DNA from: Eledone cirrhosa
Taxonomy: Eukaryota
Assembly (NCBI GenBank): GCA_964016885.1
Contig: OZ024740.1
Coordinates: 285,138,001-285,202,000, forward strand
Reading direction: 5' to 3'
DNA: 64,000 nucleotides
Under the pieces are notes generated by a model. It was not told where the DNA came from and did no database searches. It saw only the letters and a list, made by a program, of their open reading frames with translations. Made by a program: the position numbers and the translations under genes. Within the stretch, counting starts at the first letter, position 1. Every line of letters starts with the position of its first letter. This document shows positions 53,824 to 64,000 of the stretch, piece by piece.

Positions 53824-54257
53824 CCATTTTGATATTAACTGCCCTGGTTTTATAATACAAATTTGTTTATTTTAAAGCGTTAATAGTTATTTAACCCTTT
53901 AATGTTCAAACCGGCCAAAACCGGCCAGAATTCTCTCCCTATTTCTGTTGAAACTGACTGTAACTGGTCGCTCAAACTGATGTTAAGGTATTGTTCTCAA
54001 AATAAATACTTTCAAAATCTCATAGATTCGATATTATGTGAGATAATTATGTGAGATAAAGCCTTTACCATGAAAATACAATAGTAAATATAGAGTAATG
54101 TGAATGCTAAAGGGTTAAAAGGCTTACATCATAATTTTAAGAACCTCTGTTATGTTCCAAACAGAGTGGGGAAGTTAGTTATATTACAAAATCCTTACAA
54201 GTTCTTGATTACTTTCAAAATTATTTGAAAATCATTAGAAATATGATATCAAAAGGG
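53824..54257. mobile_element. piggyBac-type MITE containing a second MITE (53895-54114)
   Basis: outer TTAA|CCATTTTGATA..TATCAAAAGGG|TTA; inner TTAA|CCCTTTA..TAAAGGG|TTAA. Confidence 0.75.
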
Positions 54258-54260
54258 TTA

Positions 54261-56911
54261 CCCTTTAGCATTTACATTACTCTATATTTATTATTATATT
54301 TTCATGGTAAAGGCTTTACCTCGCATAATTATTTCACATAATATCAAATCTATGAGATTTTGATATTATTTATTTTGAGAACAATACTTTAAAGTAAGTA
54401 TGAGCAACCAGTTACAGCCAGTTTAAACAGAAAGAGGTGAGGTAATTCTGGCTGCATATGACTGGTTTAACCCTTTAGCATTTAAACCAGCAGTATCCAG
54501 CCAGAATTCTCTCACCTTTTTCTGTTCAAACCAGCCATAACTGGCCACTCACACTAATGTTAAAGGATGGTTCTCAAAATAAATAATTGTTTCTACGTTA
54601 GGCACAAGGCCAGCAATTGCCCAGTGTATTACTGGTACTTTATTTTATCGACCCCGTAAGGATGAAAGGCAAAGTTAACCTCGGCGGGATTTGAACTCAG
54701 ATCATAAAGGGACGTAACTCTTTGCTGCAAAGCATAGCGTCCGACCCTCTACCGATACTGCCAATCCACCGGCCAAAATAAATAATATCCACCGTTCTCA
54801 AAATAAATAATATCAAAATCTCATAGATTCGATATTATGTGAGATAATTATGTGAGATAAAGCCTTTACCGTAAAAATAAAATAGTATATATAGAGCAAT
54901 CATCATCATCATCACCATCACCGTTTTACGTCCATTCTTCCACGCTAGCATGGGTTAGACGGGTTGACCTGCTGTGGGCAATGCTAGGTCAAGTGACCAT
55001 GTCTTGCTTATACAGAATTGATTTTGGCTTGATTTCTACAGCTGGACGCCTTTCCTAACACCAACCTCATTTACAGTGAGTACTGGGTGCTTTTTACTGT
55101 GGAACCTACACAACCACTTCACAGTGTGGACTGGGTGCTTTTTTGTTGTGTCATCTACACGACCACTTTACAGTGGGAGAGGGTGGGGCATACTGTCTAT
55201 ATGCTTCAGCTTTGGCTAGTACCCATGGGAAGTCGGGTCTTCTGTATTACTGCATAACGCCAGAGGTCTCGGTTCTGTGTCATCGCCTTTGAAAGGTGCA
55301 ATTGGGCAAGATCAGCTTTTATCACCTCATCCCAGGTCTTTTGGAGTCTCCCTACTCCAAGGCTTCCATCGACTTTTAGTGCTCTGCACCTTTTTATGCA
55401 GCTGCCATCCTTCATATACATCACATGTCCATACCAATGTAATCTCCTCTCCTGCACACAGCATTTGATTCCTCTTATGCTTAGTCTCTCTCTCAATTCG
55501 TCTATGTTTTGTTGTTTGTGTATATTACTATTACACATCCATCGGAACATGCAAGCTTCATTTCTTTCTAATCTACACAAGTCTTCTGCACACAATGCCC
55601 AAGTCTCACTACCATGCAACATTGCTGTTCGTATGCACGCATCATACAGTCTTTCTTTCATTTTGAGGGAAAAGCCTTTTGCAGCTAGCAATGGTAGTAG
55701 CTGCATGAACTTTTTCCATCCCATTCTTACCCTGATTACTGTACTTTCAGAACACCCACCTCCGCTACTAATTCGGTCACCTAGGTAGCAGAAGCTGTCT
55801 ACTGTTTCTACAGAGCCCGCCCAGAATTTGGTAGTGCTTGTTTCCTGTGGTCATTTGCTGCTTACTGTCCTGCTGAACTGCTACAAGTAAAGCCTACATT
55901 CTTAACTAAACTTCCTGAGATCCCACTATACCTCTTGTGTACCTATAGTTTGCATTTGGGGCAGAGGATGGAATTTCTACCTATGCCTTTCCTACATACT
56001 GAGCAAGGCCATTTCCCTGAGGGGATCTGGGTTCTGTTTTCTCTTCTACTTACGAGGACTTTAGTCTTTGTCAGGTTAACTTTGAGACCCCTTCTTTCTG
56101 GGCCCTGCTTCCATGTTTGGAATTTCTTCTTTAGTTCTACCATAGATTCAGCTATAATTATAAGATCGTCTGTGTACAGAAGTTCTCATGGACATCCGAT
56201 CTTAAACTCCTCTGTTATAGCCTGCAATAAGATAAACATGAGAGGGCTAAGAACAGAGCACTGGTGGACACCAATCTGTATACTAAATCCCACTATAGCC
56301 ATTGTTAACCCTAACTGTGCTGACTGCTCCTCTATACATGGCTTGTACAGCTTTCACAAGCCATTCATCTACTCCTAGTTTTCTAAGAGCCCACCAGATT
56401 AAAGCACAGGGCACTCTGTTGAAGGCTTTTTCCAGACCAAGAAATACCAGGTAGAGCAGCTTACTTTTAGCTAGGTACTTTTCCTGCAACTGCCTCACAA
56501 GGAAGGGAGTATCAGTGGTGTTTTTGCCTGGCACAAACCCAAACTGCATCTCATCTAAATTTACCCGGTCCCTAATCAACTGTGTTATAACTCTTTCTGT
56601 TACTTTCATGACTTGGTCCATCAGCTTTATACCTCTATAGTTTCCTCTATCTAGTGCATCTTCTTTACCCTTGTAGTAGTTAACAATGATGCTGTTGCGC
56701 CAATCATTTGGCACGATGCCCTCTAGTATTACTTGATTAACAATATGTGTGGTTATGGTGTAACCTACCAACTCATATGCTTTCAGCATCTCGCCAGCTA
56801 TATCCGATGGATCAGTTGCTTTCCCAGTCTTCATATCCTTAATTGCCTTACTTACTACCCTGCTAGTATATATAGAGTAATGTAAATGCTAAATGGTTAA
56901 ATGCTAAAGGG
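54261..56911. mobile_element. nested piggyBac-type MITEs hosting a SINE (54588-54773) and an RTE
   Basis: inner MITE 54471-56896 flanked by TTAA inside the host right TIR; SINE TSD CAAAATAAATAAT. Confidence 0.8.
54901..56863 (-). mobile_element. RTE family C, 5'-truncated, with TSD
   Basis: ORFs 56283-56834, 55943-56143, 55206-55724; TSD TAGTATATATAGAG(C/T)AAT at 54883-54900 and 56864-56881. Confidence 0.93.
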
Positions 56912-57301
56912 TTAAATTTTGGAGTTCAGTTACTAGTCATTCTTTATAAGAATTGTCATTACATATATATTTTCAATTATTTAAGAATTATTTGGCAGTC
57001 ACAACATTAAGTATTAGCCCATAGTTAATATTTTGGCTCTGGTGAGTGAAAACTGTGAAAAGTTAAGGTAGTAGCATCCGAGAGGAACAGTAAACTCAAG
57101 AGTTCATATCTTGTCACCATGTTTACTTTAGAGTCTACAGCAACCATTCTCTGCACTATTTAGTCAGCAGCCTAACAGGTATTTAACTACTTAACAGAAG
57201 GAGAAAGTTGAAAGTTGAGTGCCATACTAAGGAGTAGTTTGGCAGTCTGCAAATCCAACATAAAAAAAAAATAGAAGAGAAGTTAGAGATCTGTCCATTT
57301 C

Positions 57302-57344
<43 letters not shown>

Positions 57345-57988
57345 ATCAATACCACTACCACCACCGCCATCATCACATCATCATCATCAACATTGTTTAA
57401 CGTCCATTTTCCATACTAGCATGGGTTAGACGGGTCGTCCTATTTGAGGTAAGTTGGGTTAGGTGCCTGTGTCTTTTATAATATGTGTATGTGTGTTGTT
57501 TTCTTTTCAAAGGAATGCAAAATAATCTGAGATTAGACGATTATGTTTAGTGAAGACAGTTGACAAATTTCATTCACAATATTTTTTATATCTCCACAGA
57601 AAGAGGAAAGTATTTTACTCAACTTTCAATGACCTAACTGACATGGAGCAGGTAAGAAAATATAGTCAGACAAAAGAAGGCTTGGTATGGGCAGTGAGAT
57701 TGATAGTGATGATATTGCTTGGGGTGTGGTGCAAACAAATTCAAAGACCTAGTCTTCAATGAGATGTTAGAGCCAATAATAAATACTAAACTCCACCCCT
57801 TCTCTGAGGCTCTGAAATCCAAAGGTCAACTTTATAACAAAGCTATTCCAATCAGAACAAATTGATGTACGTTCCTGTGATTCTGCTTTCTATTCCAACC
57901 TGTTCCTAAGAACCCCTCTACAGTCCCCTTCCTTCCATTTCTTGAATTAAGGATATTCCAGAGCTTTAAACCAAGTAAATGCCATCAG

Positions 57989-58035
<47 letters not shown>

Positions 58036-58040
58036 CTATG

Positions 58041-58099
<59 letters not shown>

Positions 58100-58165
58100 G
58101 GGTAGAACACTGGAAGGTAATATCCGTAGTGGTAGAGCACTCAGTCCATGGGACGAGTTAGGTAG

Positions 58166-59297
58166 AAGTGGTAACACAACAGTTAGTTTACCATACCGAG
58201 AACAATTGGTTCACCTTAGCGGATCCTCAGCTCGTAATGGTCATGGTTATACGGAATAGGAAAGACAACCGTATGAATGCGCATGCGCAGAAACGGTCAC
58301 TTCACCCAGGCAACACAAAACTGCGGGCGAAAGGTGTAAGGGAGATAACTGCGAAGGTCCGAAAGGTTCTAGTTGATAAGATAGGATGTTGTTGTTATTC
58401 AATCCGGAGCTTTGTAGTTATGTAAGAGGTGTTTCCAGACATGTGGACAACGTGTGAAGATTTCATTCCTTAAGTTTAGGCAATTGCTATTGCGTAATCT
58501 CTTTAGAATATTTATCTGTTCCTCAATACATAGTCCACAATCCGGATTGCCCCCTTGCGTATGGCTTGGACTTAGTGATGGCTTTCCATTGAATGGAGTA
58601 GTCTAAACTTGAGTCCTTGAGGGACCATATGTGGCTCGTGAGTTTCGTAGATGATCGTTTGTCTGGGTACCTAAAGGTCGACTGATGGTTCAGGAAGCGT
58701 TCCTGAAATCGGCCCTCCACCATACCCACATAGGATTTGACCTCCTGTGGTTGATTTGGTCGGTTGGAAGTGACCACAGCTTCATAAACTACAGTGGGTG
58801 TGTTGCATTGCTGTTGAACTCGCGAGCCACGTATGGTCCCTCAAGGACTCAAGAATAGACTACTCCATTCAATGGAAAGCCATCACTAAGTCCAAGCCAT
58901 ATGCAAGGGGCAATCCGTCTTGTGGACTATGTATTGATGAACGGATAAATATTCTAAAGAGATTACGCAATAGCAATTGCCTAAACTCAAGAAATGAAAT
59001 CTTCACATGTTGTCCACATGTCTGGAAACACCTCTTACATAACTACAAAGCTCCGGATTGAATAACAACAACATCCTAATTTTCTTATCAACTAGAACCT
59101 TTCGGACTTTCGCAATTATCTCCTTACACCTTTCGCCCGCAGTTTTGTGTTGCCTGGGTGAAGTGACCGTTTCTGTGCATGCACGTTCATATGGTCATCC
59201 TTCCTATTCCGTATAACCATGACAATTACAAGCTGAGGATCCGCTAAGGTGAAACAATTGTTCTCGGTATGGTGAACTAACTGTTGTGTTACCACTT
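58166..59297. mobile_element. Penelope-like element remnant: inverted GIY-YIG C-terminus plus pLTR
   Basis: ~480-bp inverted arms; VVYEAVVT..SYVGMVEGRFQERFLNH..CGLC..CLNSRNE; a hammerhead in each arm. Confidence 0.88.
59229..59266 (+). ncRNA. type I hammerhead motif (mirror copy at 58197-58234, minus strand)
   Basis: C(A/G)AG-CUGAGGA-UCC GCUAA GGU-GAAA-CAAUUG-UU-CUCG; weak stem II. Confidence 0.65.
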
Positions 59298-59397
59298 ATA
59301 TATATATATATATATCATCATCATCATCATCATCATCACCGTTTTACGTCCGATCTTCCATGCTAGCATATATATGTGTGTATGTATGTATATGTAC

Positions 59398-59431
<34 letters not shown>

Positions 59432-59432
<1 letters not shown>

Positions 59433-62400
59433 CATCATCATCATCATCATCAACGTTTAACGTCCATGTTCCACGCTTGCATGGGTTTGGACGGGGGTAG
59501 TCCCACTTGAGGCAAGAGTGATTGTCTTGCTCGCATAGGACTGTCTGGCAGGTTTTCTACAGTTGGATGCCCTTCCTAACACCAACCACATTTACAGTGT
59601 GGGTCTGGGAGGTTTTTACCGTGTTGCCTACACGGCCACATTACAGCGTGGACTGTGTGTTTTTTTTGTCGTGACACCTACACGATCTCATTTGTTTCGG
59701 CCTCGATGGCGCGGCACCAACATAACTTTACATAGAACGGGGTGGTGTGGATGGGGTGGGGGTGGTGGTGGTGGGACGGGGTGTATTTTGTTAGAGATGC
59801 CTACTGGCTGGAGTAGGTTTTACTATATATTTAGGTAAGGCGGGTCTTCTCTGTTACTGAGTACCGCCAAAGGTCTCGGTCCAGTGACATTGTCTTGGAG
59901 AGGTGTAAGTGTGTGATGTCGGAGTTTATCAGCTCGTCCCAGGTTTTTCTAGGTCTGCCTATTCCGTGACTACCGTCTATCTTTATTGCCCTGCACTTTG
60001 TTATACAGCTATCGACTTTCATGCGCATCACGTGTCCATACCAACGTAGCCTTCTCTCGAGTAAACAACATCTGATCCCTCTTATCTCTAATTTTTTCCT
60101 TAGTTCGTTTATGCTTTGCCGTTCACGTATATTACTGTTACACATCCAGCGGAGCATGCAAGCTTCGTTCCTCTCTAGTCTGCGTATATCCTCTGCACAC
60201 AATGCCCAGGTCTCACTGCCATGCAGCATTGCTGTTCGTATGCAGGCATCGTACAACCTGCCTTTCATTTTTAGGGAGAACCCTTTAGCAGCTAATAGTG
60301 GTATAAGCTCTCTGAACTTTTCCAACCAGTTCTGACTCTAGCTACAGTACTTTCAGAGCACCCGCCCCCACTGCTGATTTTATCGCCCAGGTAACGGAAG
60401 CTGTCCACTATTTCTATAGAACCCTCTGCGCAATTGAAAGAGCTAGTATTTTGTGGGCACTTGCTGCTACTTATTGCACCAGAGCACCGGCCACATGTAA
60501 AATCTATGTTCTTAGTTAGCTTACCTGTGATCCCACTACATCTTTTATGCACCCATACTTTGCATTTAGGACATAAAATGGAGTTTCTACCTACGCCTTT
60601 CCTACACACCGAGCACGACCATTTCCCAGAAGGGACCGCCGCCTTGTTTTCTTTCCTACAAACTAGTACTTTGGTCTTAGCCAGGTTAATTTTAAGTCCT
60701 TTTGACTCTAGGCCGTGCTTCCATGTTTGGAATTTCTTCTCTAGCTCGGCCATTGATTCTGCTATGAGTGTCAGGTCGTCTGCGTATAGGAGTTCCCATG
60801 GGCAGCCTGTCTTGAACTCCTCTGTTATAGCCTGAAGGGCAATAATAAATAGTAGTGGGCTGAGAACAGAGCCCTGATGGACGCCAACTTTTACGCTAAA
60901 CTCTTCACTATATTCGTTGTTAATTCTAACCTTGCTGACTGTTTCTTTATACATGGCTTGTATAGCCCTCACAAGCCATTCGTCAACGCCTAGTTTTCTA
61001 AGAGCCCACCAGATAATGGAGCGGGGGACTCTGTCGAAGGCTTTCTCCAAGTCGACAAAAGCTAAGTAGAGGGGTTTACCTTTAGCTAGGTACTTCTCCT
61101 GTAGTTGTCGTACTATGAAAAGAGCGTCTGTGGTACTTTTGCCTGACACAAACCCGAACTGCATTTCATCAAGGTCAATTCTCTCTCTGATTAGTTGCGC
61201 TATTACTTTTTCCGTGACCTTCATGACCTGGTCGATTAATTTAATGCCTCTATAGTTACTCCTATCTAGGGCGTCTCCTTTACCCTTATAACAGTTAACG
61301 ATGATGCTGCTATGCCAGTCCTTCGGAACAACCCCATTCTGTACGACTTGGTTAACTATGCGGGTGACCATGGTGTGTCCCACCGTGCCAGATGCCTTCA
61401 GCATCTCAGCAACTATTTCCGAAGGCCCAGCCGCCTTACCCGTCTTCATATCCTTGATTGCCTTACTTATTATACTCCCCTCGACTAACACTGCTGGTCC
61501 CTCTATTGGGTCGATATGGGGGAGACTGTCTTTCTCCCATTTATTCTCCTCATTTAGTAGCCTTTCATAGTGACACTTCCAAGCTACCTTCTTATCAGCG
61601 TCGGTGATGGCAAGTGTGCCATCGTCGTTTAGTACACACTTCTCCCCGACAATATCACGGTTTTCCTTGACGCATTGCCTAGCAATCCTGAACACCTCAC
61701 GTTTTTGGTCATCGCGTTGTAGAACATGCTTGAACTTTCTTTCCTCAGCTTCCCTTCTTGCTAAGTACACTTGTCTCCTAGCTTCCCTCCTGGCCACTTG
61801 ATAGTCTTCTCTACTTCCCCCATCCCGCCATACTTTCCAAGCCTGCTTTTTGGCCTTAATTGACCCCTCCACCTTACTGTTCCACCACCATGTTACTCTC
61901 CTCCTGCCTACAGGCCTGCTCCAGCCACAGACTTCGTCTGTCGCCAAAAGCAGGTTTGCTTTCAGAAATTCCCACTCTCCCTCTATATTGTCCGACTCTA
62001 AATGTTCTTCCTTACTGTCGAAAGCATCAAGTAATATGCTTTGAAATTTATTCCTGGCTGTGGGGTCCTTTAGCTTCCATATTTTTCTCCTGAGGATAGT
62101 CCTCTTCTGCTGTCGAGTACGTCTCGTCCTGACTATGAGGTCGCTAATTATCAGTCTATGTTGGGAGGTGCATTCTTCATGGGGGAGGGATTTAGTGTTT
62201 ACAACAGACACTCTGTCACGTCTTCTGGTAAGGATATAATCTACCTGGCTTGTGTGTTCCCCGGATCTATAGGTGATCAGGTGATTGTCACGTTTTTTGA
62301 AGTTAGTGTTACAGATAGTTAGGTTATTTGCATCACAGAATTCCAGGATTCTGGAGCCTTCCTCATTTCTAGTACCAAACCCATAGCCTCCATGGATTTC

Positions 62401-62456
62401 GTCGTAGCCGTCACAATGTTGTCCAACGTGACCATTTAGGTCGCCTGCGATAATTA

Positions 62457-62465
<9 letters not shown>
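59432..62465 (-). mobile_element. RTE family B, longest copy (partial APE-RT-PHD)
   Basis: GDLNGH, QVDYIL and SQHRL endonuclease motifs, YADD; one frameshift near 60320; stop at 59831; 3' UTR and (GAT)n. Confidence 0.96.
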
Positions 62466-62490
<25 letters not shown>

Positions 62491-62663
62491 GGGCATCCAC
62501 CCATAGAAAACCAGCCAGAAATTCCCCTATATGAGCGAGACACGGTCACCCGACACAACTTGCCTCTAAATGGGACCTAGCTAACCCATGGTAGCATGGA
62601 AGATGAACTTTAATTGATGATGTTGATGATAATGACGATATATATAGATATATATATTTCAAA

Positions 62664-62944
62664 TCAGGATTTGGGCACCATGTCCCACTCAAGTAGAGAG
62701 TTATTGTTTACGGAGGCATATCTGAGTGTAGGAGGTTTATCAGGGATTTCTTGAAGGAATTTGTCCAAAGACTTCTTGAACTTGATGGGGTCTGTTTCTG
62801 TTTTAATGTGTTTTGGTCGAATGTTAAAGAGAGCGGGGCCAATTGAGGTGAAATAATTGTGCCGTATTGTTGTTATGAGATGCGAGTGAGATTTTTGTTG
62901 TGGGCGGATAGCACAGGGCCCAACCAAGCCTTGGGTGTACATTA
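62664..62944 (-). pseudogene. CR1-clade LINE C-terminal fragment
   Basis: GPALFNIRP..FKKSLDKFLQEIPDKP..NNSL. Confidence 0.65.
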
Positions 62945-63162
62945 AAGGTGATGCCAACATCACGTTGTGCTGTTTTAGCCATAAGATAACGCCATCCCAC
63001 TGGCTGGGCGGGCAGGCTGGTACTCATTTCTACAGCTGAGTAAACTGGAGCAACGTGAAATAAAGTGTCTTGCTCAAGGAAACAACACATCACCCGGTCC
63101 GAGAATTGAACTCACAACCTTTCGATTGCAAGCCCAATGCTCTAACCACTAAGCCATGCGCC
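62945..63162 (-). mobile_element. CORE-like SINE head with an alternative body
   Basis: same head as 27200 up to GTAGAAATGAG, then TACCAGCCTGCCCG... Confidence 0.8.
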
Positions 63163-63244
63163 TATATATATATATATATATATATATTTCGTTTCTGAAT
63201 TTGTTTAGCAAGATTCTTTATCTGAAAACGTGTGTTGAAACCGA

Positions 63245-63639
63245 TATTGTTATACTTTGGGAGGGTCATGTTGCCAATAAGAAACACACGCACCAGTTGC
63301 TTTCACTCTAATTTATTATAAATTTAATTTATAATTTTAAGAATTTGTAAATTTCCGGTTAGTTGATTCCACAACCGGACGGTTGTTCATATATTGTCAA
63401 AGTTCTTTCGTCACACATTCTGTGACCTAAAAGAATCCCCAGTCACTGGAGAGGTCACAGAATGTGTGACGAAAGAACTTTGACAATATATGAACAACCA
63501 TCCGGTTGTGGAACCAACCAACCAACCGGAAATTTATAAATTCTTAAATTTATAAATTTAATTTATAATAAATTGGAGTGAAAGCAACTGGTGCGTGTGT
63601 TTCTTATTGACAACATGACCCGCCCAACGTATAACAATA
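63245..63639. repeat. ~185-bp-arm inverted repeat with hammerhead variant at 63442-63484
   Basis: arms 63245-63428 and 63452-63639; GUCA-CUGGAGA-GGUCAC/GUGAC-GAAA-GAACUU-UGAC. Confidence 0.85.
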
Positions 63640-63728
63640 TATATATATATAGTTGTTGTATGGTTGAAATAAATGCATCCGTAGGCGGTATGCCGTTTGA
63701 GCACTTGATGCTTGTGCAGAAAGTGCTA

Positions 63729-63822
63729 AACATATCAGAGGAACTTGCGAATGCAGAGTCAGGTTTGATCTGTAACAGATCCTGCCTTGAGATGATCATC
63801 GGAGAAACATATGTAATATGTT
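63729..63822 (+). ncRNA. hammerhead-like motif with a long domain II
   Basis: AACAUAU-CAGAGGA-61 nt-GAAA-CAUAUG-UA-AUAUGUU, then AAUAAA. Confidence 0.55.
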
Positions 63823-63985
63823 AATAAATTGTGTTTTAATGCATCACTGACTCCTCGTTATCTATAATATATATATTGTTACCCTGGAGTTTCTCTTGCT
63901 TCTCACAGGATCATCAGACAAGATGATGACCATGTGAGAAGCAAGCCGAAACTCCAGGCAAGATTCACTATTTAGCCTTTGTGTA

Positions 63986-64000
63986 CGAGGGGGATCAAAA
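63986..64000 (+). mobile_element. possible mariner TIR start cut by the window edge
   Basis: TA|CGAGGGGGATCAAAA. Confidence 0.4.

Noticed and set aside
60434-62093. Plus-strand ORFs overlapping the RTE
   Set aside because: Antisense shadows of the LINE ORF
60292-62496. Intact autonomous LINE or domesticated gene
   Set aside because: The N-terminus is (TA)n-derived, the endonuclease is 5'-truncated and the C-terminus is frameshifted

Overview
AT-rich, microsatellite-dense eukaryotic DNA made almost entirely of transposable-element debris; I found no host protein-coding exon. The repeat content looks like an octopus (coleoid cephalopod) genome, which is an inference. Contents: at least four RTE-clade LINE families, three of which carry a C4HC3 PHD finger inside the RT domain; tRNA-derived CORE-like and Meta-like SINEs; mariner, hAT and piggyBac-type MITEs; non-autonomous Helitrons; R4/Dong, CRE and CR1 relics; a young non-coding LTR element with a tRNA-Trp PBS; and a solo LTR. 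The strongest unexplained signal is about a dozen type I hammerhead-ribozyme motifs from at least eight unrelated families. They sit in short (TA)n-embedded and often palindromic elements, two of which retain Penelope GIY-YIG coding remnants. All calls were made by eye, so boundaries of degenerate elements are approximate.
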